Positions 35,992-47,899 of a stretch of DNA of 64,000 nt are shown one piece after another. The notes beneath the pieces were generated by a model, which saw only the letters and a program-made list of their open reading frames with translations, was not told the DNA's origin and made no database searches. Position 1 is the stretch's first letter; every line of letters starts with the position of its first letter. The position numbers were made by a program, and so were the translations under genes. Source of the stretch: Nautiliaceae bacterium (lineage in GTDB: Bacteria; Campylobacterota; Campylobacteria; Campylobacterales; Nautiliaceae); NCBI GenBank assembly GCA_039831155.1, contig JBDONT010000009.1:1-64000 (forward strand), written 5' to 3'.

Positions 35992-37800
35992 ATGAAGAAC
36001 ATTAGAAATATAGCGGTTATAGCTCACGTTGATCATGGAAAAACTACATTAGTGGATGAATTACTAAAACAATCAGGTACTCTTGATGAGAGAAAAGAGC
36101 TTGGTGAGAGAGTTATGGATAGTAACGATTTAGAAAAAGAGAGAGGAATTACCATTCTTTCTAAAAATACTGCAATTAAATGGAAAGATTATAAAATCAA
36201 TATTATTGATACACCGGGGCATAGCGATTTCGGTGGTGAGGTTGAGAGGGTTTTAAAAATGGTTGACGGGGTTTTACTTCTTGTAGACGCTCAAGAAGGT
36301 GTTATGCCACAGACTAAATTCGTTGTAAAAAAGGCTTTGTCTCTTGGGCTTAAGCCGATTCTTGTAGTAAATAAAATCGATAAACCGGCAGCAGAACCGG
36401 ATAGAGTGGTGGATGAGGTTTTTGATTTGTTCGTAAGTATGGGGGCTGATGAAGACCAGCTTGATTTTCCTATAATTTACGCAGCGGCAAAAAACGGTAT
36501 AGCAAAATGGGATTTGGAAGATGACAATGAAGATATGACTCCGATTTTTGAAGCGATTGTAGAGCATATTCCGGCACCGGCCGGGGATGAAAACGCTCCA
36601 CTTCAAATGCAGGTATTTACGCTTGATTACGATAATTATGTAGGAAGAATCGGAATTGTCAGAATTTTTAACGGACGCGTTAAAAAAGGTGAAAACGTAA
36701 CTTTGGTAAAAGCCGACGGAGAAAAAATAAACGGAAGAATTACAAAGCTTTTAGGATTTATAGGACTTGACAGAATGGAAATAGACGAAGCTAGTGCCGG
36801 GGATATCGTAGCGGTTGCCGGGTTTGATGCACTTGATGTCGGAGATACGATTGCCGATAAAGATAATCCGGTAGGACTTGACCCGCTTCATATAGAAGAG
36901 CCTACAATCAGCGTAATTATGAGTGTAAACGATTCACCACTTGCCGGGACTGAAGGTAAAAACGTAACGGCTCCGAAACTAAGAGATAGACTATTTAAAG
37001 AGATGGAAACGAATATTGCGATGAAAATAGAAGAGCTGGGCGAGGGTAAATTTAAAGTTAGCGGAAGAGGTGAACTTCAAATTGCCATCCTTGCGGAAAA
37101 TTTAAGAAGAGAAGATTTTGAATTTTCGCTTTCACGTCCTGAAGTAATTATAAAAGAAGAAAACGGCGTAAAACTTGAGCCTTATGAGTATGTTGTTGTG
37201 GACGTTCCGGAGGAGTATAGCGGAGCGGTAATTGAAAAGCTTGGAACGCGTGGTGGAATTATGAAAAATATGATGCCCCTAAGTGACGGTAGTACAAGAA
37301 TCGAATTTGAAATGCCGGCACGTGGGCTTATAGGTTATAGAGGCGAATTTATGACAGATACGAAAGGTGAAGGGGTGTTAAACTCAAGCTTTTTGGAATT
37401 TCGTCCGGCAACCACTAAGCCTTACACAAGAAAAAACGGAGCGTTAATTTCTATGGAAAACGGAGTTGCCGTCGGATATGCGATATTTAACCTTCAAGAG
37501 AGAGGTAGAATGTTTATAAAACCGGGCGATAAAGTTTATAACGGAATGATAGTGGGAGAGCACAGTAGAAGTAACGACCTTGAGGTTAATCCTATTAAAG
37601 GTAAAAACTTAACAAACGTTCGTGCTAGCGGAAGTGACGAGGCTATAAAACTTGTACCTCCCGTTGAAATGACGCTTGAAAAAGCTCTTGAGTGGATTGA
37701 AGAGGATGAACTTGTGGAAGTTACTCCAAAGTCAATTCGCGTTAGAAAAAAATATCTTGACCCTACGGTTAGAAAAAGAATGAGTAGAAATAAAAAATAA
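35992..37800 (+). CDS. typA: Translational GTPase TypA/BipA
   Basis: [41 protein letters not shown]. Confidence 0.99.
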   Translation: MKNIRNIAVIAHVDHGKTTLVDELLKQSGTLDERKELGERVMDSNDLEKERGITILSKNTAIKWKDYKINIIDTPGHSDFGGEVERVLKMVDGVLLLVDAQEGVMPQTKFVVKKALSLGLKPILVVNKIDKPAAEPDRVVDEVFDLFVSMGADEDQLDFPIIYAAAKNGIAKWDLEDDNEDMTPIFEAIVEHIPAPAGDENAPLQMQVFTLDYDNYVGRIGIVRIFNGRVKKGENVTLVKADGEKINGRITKLLGFIGLDRMEIDEASAGDIVAVAGFDALDVGDTIADKDNPVGLDPLHIEEPTISVIMSVNDSPLAGTEGKNVTAPKLRDRLFKEMETNIAMKIEELGEGKFKVSGRGELQIAILAENLRREDFEFSLSRPEVIIKEENGVKLEPYEYVVVDVPEEYSGAVIEKLGTRGGIMKNMMPLSDGSTRIEFEMPARGLIGYRGEFMTDTKGEGVLNSSFLEFRPATTKPYTRKNGALISMENGVAVGYAIFNLQERGRMFIKPGDKVYNGMIVGEHSRSNDLEVNPIKGKNLTNVRASGSDEAIKLVPPVEMTLEKALEWIEEDELVEVTPKSIRVRKKYLDPTVRKRMSRNKK

Positions 37801-37894
37801 CTCCTCTTTTCTCTTCTTGTTATAATTTTTTCTTATATTTATTCGAAACTTTAAAGCTTTTGATAAAATTCGACAAAATGATTAAAGGAGCGGT

Positions 37895-39325
37895 ATGAGA
37901 AAGTTTTTCATTCTTTCAGCCGCTTTGTCGAGTATGCTTTTGGCTAAGAGTGTAAATTTTGATACGGTTTTAAAAGAGACGTTACAAAATAACCTTGAAT
38001 TAAAGGCAAAAAAGCTTAATATCGACAAAGCGAAAGCACAATTGGAAGAAGCTAAGGGATATGATTGGGGTAAATTGATATTTAGTGAGGAAATAAGTAG
38101 GACTAATAACGCTATGTATGTATTCGGAATGAAACTTGAAAGTCGTGAGGCTACTTTTAAAGATTTCGGGTTTGCAGACTTTTTGGGTGGAGTAGTTAAT
38201 GTTTTAAATCAATCGAATACATTTACCGATTTTAAAAACAAAATGACCGATCCGGCAATGGCTGCTCAACTTTTATCCACACAGCCTAAAGATTTAAATT
38301 ATCCGGATGCTAGAACCAATTTTAAAACAAAGTTTGTGTATGAAGTGCCTCTTTTTACCGGTTTTAAATTAAAATATGCAAAAGAGATGGCAAAACTTCA
38401 AGTATTTGCCAATAAATTTAAATACGCACACGATAAAAATAAACTTGCGATAGAGGTTTTAAAAGCTTATAACGGGGCTGTAGCTGCTAAATATTTTATA
38501 CACGCTTTAGAAAAAGCAAAAGAGACAACCTCTAGTTTTGTAAAAATGGTACGAGATTTTAAAAATGTGGGAATGGCTACCGAAACTGATTTGTTACAAG
38601 CTGAAAAAAGAGAGAGTGAAGTTGATGCAATGCTTACAGAATCTAAAAACAAATACGTTTTAGCACTTTCTTATCTTAAATTTTTAAGCGGAGATAAAGA
38701 GATAAGCGATGTCGGAGATTTTAAAGTGATAGTGTCTCCGAAATCGGATTTAAACGATTTGAAAAAAGAAGCCTTAAAAAATAGAAACGATTTAAAATGG
38801 ATGCAAAAAAACGTAGAAACTATGCAAAAGAAAGTTAAAATGGACGAATCAGTAAAATATCCTATGGTAGGGGCTCATCTTGAATACGGATGGAATGACG
38901 ATACGTTTAAACTTAACCGTAATAAAGATTACTATTTAGGTGCTATAGGAATTAATTACGCTATTTTGGATAAATCTCAAACCGCAAGACTTCAAAAAAG
39001 TAAAATAGAAGCTATGCAAACGGGGTATTATTATAAATATATGAAAAAAGGTATAGCCCTTGAAGTTGAGCAAAAATATCTTGATTTAAAATCAAAAGCT
39101 TCCGTGCTTAAAAATAAATTTTTAAATAAAGAGTTGGCTCAAGAGATACTTAAAAAGTATGAATTTATGTATAAACAGGGAATGGTAAACGTAACTATGT
39201 TGCTTATGAAAGAGGCTGATGCAAGAAAAGCGGAAGCCGAACTTATAAAAGCAAAATATGACGAGGCTTTGGCTGCTGCTGAACTTAAAGCGGCACTAGG
39301 AGATTTAGTAAAGGAGAGTAAATGA
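37895..39325 (+). CDS. TolC-family outer membrane efflux protein
   Basis: Signal peptide, OEP helical repeats (PLFTGF); first gene of RND operon. Confidence 0.9.
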   Translation: MRKFFILSAALSSMLLAKSVNFDTVLKETLQNNLELKAKKLNIDKAKAQLEEAKGYDWGKLIFSEEISRTNNAMYVFGMKLESREATFKDFGFADFLGGVVNVLNQSNTFTDFKNKMTDPAMAAQLLSTQPKDLNYPDARTNFKTKFVYEVPLFTGFKLKYAKEMAKLQVFANKFKYAHDKNKLAIEVLKAYNGAVAAKYFIHALEKAKETTSSFVKMVRDFKNVGMATETDLLQAEKRESEVDAMLTESKNKYVLALSYLKFLSGDKEISDVGDFKVIVSPKSDLNDLKKEALKNRNDLKWMQKNVETMQKKVKMDESVKYPMVGAHLEYGWNDDTFKLNRNKDYYLGAIGINYAILDKSQTARLQKSKIEAMQTGYYYKYMKKGIALEVEQKYLDLKSKASVLKNKFLNKELAQEILKKYEFMYKQGMVNVTMLLMKEADARKAEAELIKAKYDEALAAAELKAALGDLVKESK

Positions 39326-40359
39326 TTAAAAAGTTAACTTTAATTTCAATGGCGGTTGCCGGTTTGTTTGCGTTTGAAACGGCTGTCGCTCAAAAAAAAG
39401 AGATAGAAATAAAAAAAGAGTATGTAGCGGATATCTATTCGCCAAAACAAATTATGGTGGCTACCAGAGTTATGGGATACATTAAAAAAATAAATGTAGA
39501 AGAGGGTGATGTTGTAAAAAAAGGTCAAGAACTTTTTGTAGTTGACCCTAGTGACGTTTATTCTATGTTAAATCAGGCAAGAGGAGCGTTGCTTCAAGCG
39601 AAAAGTGGTGTATTAATGGCTGAAATGTCTTATGCTGATGCTAAAAAAGATTATGAGAGATTTAAAAATCTCTATTCTCACGGAGCGGTTAGTAAGAGAG
39701 ATTTTGAAAAAATGAAACTTATGATGGATATTAGAAAAAAACAAGTGGATATGGCAAAAGGTATGCTAAAACAAGCCGAAGCCGGTCTTAGTATGGCTAA
39801 AAATCAATTAAAATACGCAAAAGTGGTATCTCCGATTGACGGGGTTGTAACTTCAAAAATGAAAAAAGTTGCCGAAATGTCTTTACCCGGATATCCGGTT
39901 TTAGTATTAAGCGATATTCACAGTTTAAAAGCAAAAAGTTTCGTAAAAGAGAGCGATATAGATAAATTTAAACTAAATATGCCGGTTATTATAAAAGTTC
40001 CGGCGTTAAAAAAAGAGTTTAACGCAACAGTCGCTACGATTATTCCTAGTGCGGATTCGGCTACACATTCTTATATCGTAAAGTATGCGTTTAAAAACGT
40101 AAAAGGTCTGCTTCCGGGGATGTATGCAAAAGCTCAAGTGGTAGTGGATAAAAAAGAGGCGGTTTTGGTACCTTTTAGTGCTTTGACTACAAGAAGCGGT
40201 ATTGTGGGTGTGTTTGTGGATGATAATTCGGTAGCCCATTTTGTACCTGTTAAACAAATTGCACAAGAGAAAGATTTTATAGCTGTTAAAGGTTTAAAAG
40301 GTGGGGAGAGAGTTATTTTATATCCACCGGCTAATTTAACGGACGGACAAAAATTATAG
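39322..40359 (+). CDS. RND efflux membrane fusion protein
   Basis: VMGYIKKINVEEGDVVKKGQ.L lipoyl half, SPIDGVV, LLPGMY. Confidence 0.92.
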   Translation: MIKKLTLISMAVAGLFAFETAVAQKKEIEIKKEYVADIYSPKQIMVATRVMGYIKKINVEEGDVVKKGQELFVVDPSDVYSMLNQARGALLQAKSGVLMAEMSYADAKKDYERFKNLYSHGAVSKRDFEKMKLMMDIRKKQVDMAKGMLKQAEAGLSMAKNQLKYAKVVSPIDGVVTSKMKKVAEMSLPGYPVLVLSDIHSLKAKSFVKESDIDKFKLNMPVIIKVPALKKEFNATVATIIPSADSATHSYIVKYAFKNVKGLLPGMYAKAQVVVDKKEAVLVPFSALTTRSGIVGVFVDDNSVAHFVPVKQIAQEKDFIAVKGLKGGERVILYPPANLTDGQKL

Positions 40360-40367
40360 GAGTGGCA

Positions 40368-43300
40368 ATGGAGCGTCTTGAAAAATTAAAAGCTCAATTC
40401 GAAGAAAAAAGAAGAGAGCTGGAAGAAAAAAGAAGTTTTTTTGATGAAGAAGAGATGATAAAAAAAGAAGAGGAACTTAAAAGTATTGAAAAAGAAATAA
40501 AAAAACAAGAAAGAGAACTTAAGGCTATTGAGGAGGAGTTGTCTTTAAATATTGCCGGTAAACTTGCCAGAACATTTCTTAAAAACCCTTTAACGCCGGT
40601 AATTGCTTTAACTCTTATGTTAATGGGGTTTATTGCGGTTCTTTTTACACCAAGAGAGGAAAACCCTCAAATAGACGTACCCGCTGCAAATGTCATTGTT
40701 ATGTATCCGGGGGCTAGCTCTAAAGAGGTTCAAAATATTATTGTAGACCCTCTTGAGAGAACGTTAAAAGCTATGACCGGAGTTAAACACGTTTACGGTA
40801 TGGCTATGAATAGTGTTGGGATTGTAACGGTTAGATTTAAAATCGGAGAAGATAAAGTTAGAAGTATGTCAAAACTCTACGATAGAGTTATGCAAAACTT
40901 AGACAAACTTCCAAAAGGTATAATGCCACCTCTTGTAAAACCGATAGATATTGACGAAGTACCTATTGTTACGTTGGCACTTTCAAGTAAAAAATATAAC
41001 GATGCCCAGCTTTACAGAATAGCTCAAAGACTTTTATCTCCGTTAGCGGCTGTTAAAAACGTAAGTATTATAGGAATAAAAGGTGGACATAAAAGGCAGT
41101 TTAATATAATTATAGACCCGGAAAAACTTGAGGCTTATCATTTATCGATTGGTCAAATAGCTATGGCTCTTAAAGGAGGTAACGTCGATTATTCTTTAGG
41201 AGGGGTGGATAATAAAAAATATTCTATTCCCGTTGAATTTGACGGATTTATAAAATCAATTAAAGACGTAAAAAACATTATAGTTGCAAACTATATGGGA
41301 AGACCTGTTTATATTAAAGATATAGCGAAAGTTGAAGACGGGGTTGATTTTCAAAACAAACACGAAACGACTTTTGTTGGTGGAAAAGCGTTTTATGAAG
41401 ATCCTAAGTTAACCGGAAAAGTTGAAGAAAAATTCCCGGTGGGAGAAAAACTTAATCAAGTTACTATTTTCTTAGGTAAAAAAAGAGGAACAAATGCCGT
41501 ATTTGTGGCAAATGACGTACTTAAAAAAGTTGAGGAACTTAAAAAAACTCTTCCAAAAGACGTTGAAATTTACGTAACTAGAAATGACGGTAAAAAAGCA
41601 AATCACGCAGTAAACGAGCTGATTTATCACTTATTGATTTCTCTTGGAATTATCGTAATTTTACTTATTGTAATGCTTGGATGGAGAGAAGCGTTAATTG
41701 TTGCATTTACAGTGCCACTTATTCTTTCGATTACATTATTTATAGGTATGCTTGCCGGACAGACAATTAATAGAATTACATTATTCGCACTTATTTTATC
41801 ACTTGGTCTTTTGGTTGACAGTGCTATTATCGTTATTGAAAATATACATAGACACTTTGAAATTGGAGATAAACCAAGAGAATGTGCGGCGATTTACGCA
41901 ACCAATGAAATAGGAAATCCTACAAATATTGCTACTCTTGCGATTATTTTAGCATTCGTTCCTATGTTTTTCGTAACGGGAATGATGGGCCCTTATATGA
42001 GACCGATTCCGTTTAACGTACCGGTAGCAATGATATCTTCACTTGTAATTGCTTATATGTTTACGCCGTGGGCTGCAGTTAAATTTTTACCGGAACATAA
42101 AAAAGAAGCTAATCACGGACCTTTTGATATCAGAGAAACAAAAACTTATAAGATTTTTTACGGTATTTTAAATCCTTTATTGACTTCTACTTCAAAAAGA
42201 GTGATATTCTTTGTGGGATTAATAGTACTTCTTGTAGGTTCTATGGCACTTCCGGCATTTAAGATAGTTTTATTTAAAATGCTTCCGAGTGCCAATAAAA
42301 ATACATTCAATATTACTATCGACCTTCCAAAAGGAAGTAGTATCGAATCAACTAAAGAAGTTAGCGACTGTGTGGCTTCTATATTGAAAAAAGAACCGGA
42401 AATTCACGATTTCGAACAGTTTATAGGAACTGCCGGAGTGGTTGATTTTAACGGTCTGCTTAGAGGTAGCAGTATGAAAAGAGGGGAAAATATAGGTGAG
42501 ATTAGAGTAAATCTTTTCCCTAAAGAAGAGGGCAGAATTGAAAGTTCAATCGATATGGTTTCACGTTTAAGACCTATTATTCAAAATCAGTGTAGTTTCC
42601 ATAATGCGAACATTAAACTTGTAGAAGACCCTCCGGGACCACCGGTAATTGCCACATTACTTATGCAGGTATTCGGTGGGGATGAAAACGGAAGGGTAAA
42701 ACTTGCAGAAGAGATAGAAAAACTTTATAAACACACAAAAAAAGTTGTTGATATAGATATTATGAGAGATAGGGAAATTGTTAAGTATAAAATAGTTCCC
42801 GACAAAGAAAAAGCCGCTTTAGCCGGAATTTCTACGGAACAGATAGCGAAAGTGTTAGGAGCGGGATTAAGAGGAGCAGTGGTTAGTGTCGCTCATATTC
42901 CTAATGAAAAAGACCAGGTAGGAATATTCGTAAGATTTGAAAAAAATGCAAGAAATTCAATCGAAGCACTTGATAAGATTAAATTAATGTCTATGACAAC
43001 GCACAGGTTGGTGCCTTTAAAAGAGGTTGTGAAAGTAGTGCCAGTTGCGTATGACGGAATGATTACGAGTAAAGATTTAAGACCTATGGTAATGGTTACG
43101 GGCGAAATGGATAAAAGAGGTAGTTTATATGCATTGCTTGATATATTCAGCGAATTAAAAGACAAAGGAATAGCGGGGTATAAAATCACTTATGACGGTG
43201 ACCCTAGACTTAACCTTAAAGCTATTGACGAAAAAACCGGTAAAACATATGATTTAATCTGGGGAGGAGAATGGGAGCTTACGTTTGACGTATTCAGAGA

Positions 43301-43841
43301 CCTAGGAAGTGCGTTTGGTGTTGCGGTTGTTTTAATTTATCTGTTGATGGTAGCATATTATAAAAACTTCAGAGTCCCTAGAATCGTACTTGCGGCAGTT
43401 CCGCTTACATTTATAGGTGTGCTTCCGGGGCACGCTGTTATGAACTGGATAACATTAACGTTTTTACATTCTAAAACATACTTTACCGCAACAAGTATGA
43501 TTGGATTTATTGCACTTGCCGGTATTGTCGTTAGAAATTCGTTGCTGCTTATAGACTTTACAAACGAACTTATAAAACAGGGCAGAACTATTAATGAAGC
43601 AGTAATTGAAGCCGCGGCTACAAGATTCAGACCGATTATTTTAACGGCGTTTGCTATTATTCTAGCATCGTTTGTAATAGTTCTTGACCCGGTATGGCAG
43701 GGACTTGCGGTTGCACTAATTTTTGGTGTGCTTGCTTCTACATTGCTTTCGGTAATTGTAGTACCGGTGCTTTACTGGAGATATCTCGTATCTAAACACA
43801 AAAAAGAAAAACACGTAAAATACGGACTAGGAGAAGTTTAG
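40368..43841 (+). CDS. AcrB/CusA-family RND efflux permease
   Basis: PREENPQID, LGLLVDSAIIVIENI, GIVVRNSLLL, TRFRPIILT; ATG 40368 has AGGAG RBS. Confidence 0.95.
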   Translation: MERLEKLKAQFEEKRRELEEKRSFFDEEEMIKKEEELKSIEKEIKKQERELKAIEEELSLNIAGKLARTFLKNPLTPVIALTLMLMGFIAVLFTPREENPQIDVPAANVIVMYPGASSKEVQNIIVDPLERTLKAMTGVKHVYGMAMNSVGIVTVRFKIGEDKVRSMSKLYDRVMQNLDKLPKGIMPPLVKPIDIDEVPIVTLALSSKKYNDAQLYRIAQRLLSPLAAVKNVSIIGIKGGHKRQFNIIIDPEKLEAYHLSIGQIAMALKGGNVDYSLGGVDNKKYSIPVEFDGFIKSIKDVKNIIVANYMGRPVYIKDIAKVEDGVDFQNKHETTFVGGKAFYEDPKLTGKVEEKFPVGEKLNQVTIFLGKKRGTNAVFVANDVLKKVEELKKTLPKDVEIYVTRNDGKKANHAVNELIYHLLISLGIIVILLIVMLGWREALIVAFTVPLILSITLFIGMLAGQTINRITLFALILSLGLLVDSAIIVIENIHRHFEIGDKPRECAAIYATNEIGNPTNIATLAIILAFVPMFFVTGMMGPYMRPIPFNVPVAMISSLVIAYMFTPWAAVKFLPEHKKEANHGPFDIRETKTYKIFYGILNPLLTSTSKRVIFFVGLIVLLVGSMALPAFKIVLFKMLPSANKNTFNITIDLPKGSSIESTKEVSDCVASILKKEPEIHDFEQFIGTAGVVDFNGLLRGSSMKRGENIGEIRVNLFPKEEGRIESSIDMVSRLRPIIQNQCSFHNANIKLVEDPPGPPVIATLLMQVFGGDENGRVKLAEEIEKLYKHTKKVVDIDIMRDREIVKYKIVPDKEKAALAGISTEQIAKVLGAGLRGAVVSVAHIPNEKDQVGIFVRFEKNARNSIEALDKIKLMSMTTHRLVPLKEVVKVVPVAYDGMITSKDLRPMVMVTGEMDKRGSLYALLDIFSELKDKGIAGYKITYDGDPRLNLKAIDEKTGKTYDLIWGGEWELTFDVFRDLGSAFGVAVVLIYLLMVAYYKNFRVPRIVLAAVPLTFIGVLPGHAVMNWITLTFLHSKTYFTATSMIGFIALAGIVVRNSLLLIDFTNELIKQGRTINEAVIEAAATRFRPIILTAFAIILASFVIVLDPVWQGLAVALIFGVLASTLLSVIVVPVLYWRYLVSKHKKEKHVKYGLGEV

Positions 43842-43887
43842 TCTCCTAATTTTTCTTTGATATAATTCCCCCAAAAAAGGTTATAAA

Positions 43888-44847
43888 TTGAAATTTATAA
43901 TTTTGTTGTTTGCTGTTTTTTTGTATGCCGAAGATTATGTGCAGCTTTATAGGTTAAAAGGAGAGAAGGCGGTCGTTAATTATCTGGAAGCTCTTTTGCA
44001 AAGCAAATCTTACTGGATGAATAGATTAAAAGACGAAAATGTCAGTTTCGGATATTACGAATCCCCCAAAGATATTTTGGTATGTATTAAAAGAAGCAAA
44101 GTTTTGAATGTTTATAAATTTAAGAATTTGAGTTTGAAAAAAGTGGATACCATTAAGGTACTGACCGGACTTGACGGGGATAAAAAGGAAGAGGGAGATT
44201 TGAAGACACCTATAGGTGTGTATAAATTAACGGCTTTTTTAGACAAAGTGGACTCGTTTTACGGACCTTTTGCGTTTAAGACTGGGTATCCCAATTTGTT
44301 TGACAAAATAAGGGATAAAGACGGACACGGTATTTGGATACACGGGGTGCCTTTGGTCGGGAAGAGGGATTCCAATAACACCAAAGGCTGTATCGTTATG
44401 CAAAACGATAAATTGGAAAATTTAAAAAATGAAATAGACTTCAAAGACACTTATCTTTTGATAAGCGAAAATAAACCTTTTAAAAGCACCAAAAACGAAA
44501 TAGCTTCATTGCTTGCTTTTATTTATAAATGGAGATATGCGTGGGAAAAGAGCGATTTTGAAAAATATAAAAACTTTTATGATAAGACGTTTAAAAGATT
44601 TGACGGTAAAAATTTAAAGGAGTTTTTGGAGTATAAAAAAAGGGTGTTTGAAAATAAAAAAAACCAAAAAGTCAGTATAATTTTTAAAGATATAAGCATC
44701 ATTCCCTATCAAAACCTTTTTAATGAAAAAATTTTCAGGATTAATATGTATGAAATTTACTCTTCGAGAAGTTTTAAATACAGGGGAAATAAAGAGCTTT
44801 ACGTAAAAATGGATAAAAACGGTATAAAAATTTTAACGGAGAAATAG
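43888..44847 (+). CDS. pgp2: L,D-transpeptidase-family L,D-carboxypeptidase (Pgp2/Csd6-like)
   Basis: EGDLKTPIGVY, GIWIHG, TKGCI; C-terminal NTF2-like region; adjacent to pgp1-like gene. Confidence 0.8.
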   Translation: MKFIILLFAVFLYAEDYVQLYRLKGEKAVVNYLEALLQSKSYWMNRLKDENVSFGYYESPKDILVCIKRSKVLNVYKFKNLSLKKVDTIKVLTGLDGDKKEEGDLKTPIGVYKLTAFLDKVDSFYGPFAFKTGYPNLFDKIRDKDGHGIWIHGVPLVGKRDSNNTKGCIVMQNDKLENLKNEIDFKDTYLLISENKPFKSTKNEIASLLAFIYKWRYAWEKSDFEKYKNFYDKTFKRFDGKNLKEFLEYKKRVFENKKNQKVSIIFKDISIIPYQNLFNEKIFRINMYEIYSSRSFKYRGNKELYVKMDKNGIKILTEK

Positions 44848-44849
44848 TA

Positions 44850-46127
44850 ATGAAAAAGCTGTTGATTTTTTTTGGTGTAATATTGTTCGGGGCGAATTTG
44901 CATTTTAGTTTATACAAAAAAGAGGCACTTCCGGGAAATACCCTTCTTATTATAGGCGGTATTCACGGAAACGAACCGGGAGGGTATTACGCGGCTTCTT
45001 TTTTGGTAAAGTATTACCATATAACAAAAGGGGCTTTGTGGGTTGTACCTAATTTGAATTTTGATTCTATTATTAAGTTTAGAAGAGGAATTTACGGGGA
45101 TATGAACAGAAAATTCGCTTTTATATCCGTTAAGGATAAAGATTATAAGATAGTTCAGGATATAAAAAAGATTATCTTAAATCCTCAAGTTGATATGATT
45201 TTAAATCTTCACGACGGGCACGGGTTTTATAGGTATTCCTGGCAAAATTCCATTTTCAATCCTTCCGCGTGGGGACAGACGTGTATAATAGACCAGGAAA
45301 AAATAAAAACCAATAAATTCGGAAATTTGGGGGATATCGCAAGAAAAGTCTCTCAAAACTTAAATGAGGATTTAAAAAAAGATTATCACTATTTTAATGT
45401 AAAAAACACAAAAACAAAGTTTAAAGACGAGCAGATGAGGCTTTCTTTAACATATTTTGCCATTACTCATAATAAACCGGCTTTTGCGATTGAAACAAGT
45501 AAAAACATAAAAGAGCTGCCTCTTAAAATTTATTATCAGTTGAGGGCAATTGAAGAGTATATGAAAATTATGAATATAGGGTATAAAAGGGATTTTAATT
45601 TAAGTGTGGAAGAGATAAAAACTTTGCTGAAAAAACAAGAGTATGTAGTTATTAACAATAATACGATTTTGCCTCTTAAAGGTTTGGTTAAAGTTATAAG
45701 ATATTTTCCTTTGAATTCCAGAAAAATATCTTATTATTCCAAAAATCCTTTGGTTGCCGTGGTAAAAGAACACGATTATTATGTATTGTATGAAGGAAAC
45801 CACCGTTTGGCGGTTATTTACCCTCAATATTTTAATAATTATTGCAGATTAAAATCTCTAAAGGTTATTGCGGACGGAGAAGAGAGGGATGTCAAGTTGC
45901 CTTCCGTTATAGAGGTAAAAGATTATTTTGAAGTTAAAAATCTTAACAGAAGAGTTAACGTTATAGGTTTTAGTTCCAAAGACGGCGAGACGGGTGTAAA
46001 AATTACCAGAAATATGTTGCCGCCGAAATTCAGTGTGGATGTGAATCATTCTGTTTATAGGGTGGAAATTTATGATAAAAAAAGTTTTTGCGGAATGTTT
46101 TTAGTCAGATTTAAAGGAGAAAAATGA
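44850..46127 (+). CDS. pgp1: M99-family DL-carboxypeptidase (Pgp1/Csd4-like)
   Basis: [30 protein letters not shown]. Confidence 0.85.
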   Translation: MKKLLIFFGVILFGANLHFSLYKKEALPGNTLLIIGGIHGNEPGGYYAASFLVKYYHITKGALWVVPNLNFDSIIKFRRGIYGDMNRKFAFISVKDKDYKIVQDIKKIILNPQVDMILNLHDGHGFYRYSWQNSIFNPSAWGQTCIIDQEKIKTNKFGNLGDIARKVSQNLNEDLKKDYHYFNVKNTKTKFKDEQMRLSLTYFAITHNKPAFAIETSKNIKELPLKIYYQLRAIEEYMKIMNIGYKRDFNLSVEEIKTLLKKQEYVVINNNTILPLKGLVKVIRYFPLNSRKISYYSKNPLVAVVKEHDYYVLYEGNHRLAVIYPQYFNNYCRLKSLKVIADGEERDVKLPSVIEVKDYFEVKNLNRRVNVIGFSSKDGETGVKITRNMLPPKFSVDVNHSVYRVEIYDKKSFCGMFLVRFKGEK

Positions 46128-46708
46128 AAATAGTAGTCGCAAGTTCCAATAAAGGGAAAATTAAAGAGATTAAAAGTTTTTTTAAAGATATGGAAGTTGT
46201 CTCTTTTTCGGAAATTATGGAGCCTTTTGAAATAGAAGAAAACGGAAAAAGTTTTAAGGAAAACGCCGTTATAAAAGCAAAAGCCATTTATGAAAAAATA
46301 CCGGGAAATATTGTTTTAGCTGATGACAGCGGTATAAGCGTTCCTGTTTTAGGGGGAATTCCCGGGATATATTCCGCAAGATTCGCCGGAAAGAATGCGG
46401 GCGATAAGGATAATTTATACAAACTTATAAATGAGTTGAAAAAGCATAACTTAAGAAAAACACCGGCTTTTTATACTGCCGCAATAGCCCTTGCAACCCC
46501 TTACGGGGTTTTTACAACCCACGGCTTTATGAGAGGGGATGTTATAGATGAAGCGAGGGGCGATAAAGGTTTCGGATATGACCCTATGTTTATCCCCAAA
46601 GGTTTTGAGAAGACTTTAGGTGAATTGGACGAAAGTGTGAAAGCGAAAATTTCTCATCGTTTTAAGGCTTTGAGTTTAGCTAAGATTATTTTAAGTACTA
46701 TAAAATAA
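46124..46708 (+). CDS. rdgB: Non-canonical purine NTP pyrophosphatase (RdgB/HAM1)
   Basis: [31 protein letters not shown]. Confidence 0.96.
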   Translation: MKIVVASSNKGKIKEIKSFFKDMEVVSFSEIMEPFEIEENGKSFKENAVIKAKAIYEKIPGNIVLADDSGISVPVLGGIPGIYSARFAGKNAGDKDNLYKLINELKKHNLRKTPAFYTAAIALATPYGVFTTHGFMRGDVIDEARGDKGFGYDPMFIPKGFEKTLGELDESVKAKISHRFKALSLAKIILSTIK

Positions 46709-47183
46709 TCTCTATTTTTCCTTTATCTTCTTTTATTATTCCGATTTTCGAGAAAATTTCTTTTGCTAAGTCTATATAAATCGGTTCGTTACAAAAAAGA
46801 AAAATAATTTTTAATTGATTGTCTTTAAAAGAGAGCATTATTTTATACTCTTTTATTTGAGTTAAAATATTGTTAAAAGCCTTTTCCAGCCATATTTTAT
46901 CGAAAAAAATCGCCTTATCTTCACAATTTAAGTTAACATTCGTTAATTTTTGCAGTAAAGATACGATATAAATTTTTTCTTTGTTTAAAGTTGATTTTTT
47001 AAATTTGTCTATTTCCGAAAATATTTCGAAAAGTTCGATAGCTTCGTTTGCTGCTTCTTTGAGATTGTTGATAATGATGTCTTTTTTATGAGAAGGGATG
47101 TTTTTATTGTTTAAAACGGAGGAAGCGAACTTTATAGCTCCTAATTTGTTTTTAATCGTATGTACAAGTCTTCTTTCCATCAT
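46698..47183 (-). CDS. Short histidine-kinase-like protein (DHp-like His, degenerate ATPase domain)
   Basis: [13 protein letters not shown]-box-like, [10 protein letters not shown]-box-like, no G boxes; co-transcribed with OmpR-type regulator. Confidence 0.6.
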   Translation of the reverse strand: MMERRLVHTIKNKLGAIKFASSVLNNKNIPSHKKDIIINNLKEAANEAIELFEIFSEIDKFKKSTLNKEKIYIVSLLQKLTNVNLNCEDKAIFFDKIWLEKAFNNILTQIKEYKIMLSFKDNQLKIIFLFCNEPIYIDLAKEIFSKIGIIKEDKGKIEIIL

Positions 47184-47189
47184 TTTCTC

Positions 47190-47828
47190 TTAAAATAAAA
47201 TATATCCTAAATCTCTTTTTGAGATTATTATACCTTTTTTTCCTATTTTTTCTCTTATTCTTTTTATTAGTACCGTTAAAGTGTTTTTAGGTACCGGTTC
47301 TTCCCATATGGCGTTTATTAAATAATCGGGTGATAAAATTTGACCTCTATTTTTTAAGAACAGTTCTAATAGTTTGGATTCTTTTTTTGTAAGAAGAATA
47401 TTTCTGCCGTTTTTAATTAATGCTTTCGAATTAAAGTCATAATAGATATTATCGGTAATTTTTTGTTTTTTAAGATGAAAAATTTTGTTTATTCTTAAAA
47501 TTATCTCTTCATAATCAAAAGGTTTTTTAATGAAATCTTCCGCACCTACGTTAAAGGCTTTTTTTATATTTTCTATATCCGTTTTGGCGGATATTATTAT
47601 GACTTTTACGTTTTGAGCCAAATGAGGATATTTTTTTAATTCTTGTAAGAAATTTCCGTCGGGTAAAAGCACGTCCGCTATTATTAAATCTATGTCTTGA
47701 TAATTTTTTATAGATGAAAAAAACTCTTTTAAGCTGTAAAAAGATTTTACCTCATATCCTTCGCTTTCAAGATAGATAGTTAAGGCGTCGTTTAAATTTT
47801 TCTCATCTTCTAATACCGCTATTTTCAT
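47190..47828 (-). CDS. OmpR-family response regulator
   Basis: VLEDE, ADVLLPDG, FIKKPF; wHTH LTKKE..LL, IKRIREKIG, GY. Confidence 0.93.
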   Translation of the reverse strand: MKIAVLEDEKNLNDALTIYLESEGYEVKSFYSLKEFFSSIKNYQDIDLIIADVLLPDGNFLQELKKYPHLAQNVKVIIISAKTDIENIKKAFNVGAEDFIKKPFDYEEIILRINKIFHLKKQKITDNIYYDFNSKALIKNGRNILLTKKESKLLELFLKNRGQILSPDYLINAIWEEPVPKNTLTVLIKRIREKIGKKGIIISKRDLGYILF

Positions 47829-47899
47829 AAACCCCCTTTTGTAGCTTAGAATTCAGAATTATAACAATCGGATTGTTATAATTCAAGGTGTTTTTAGCG

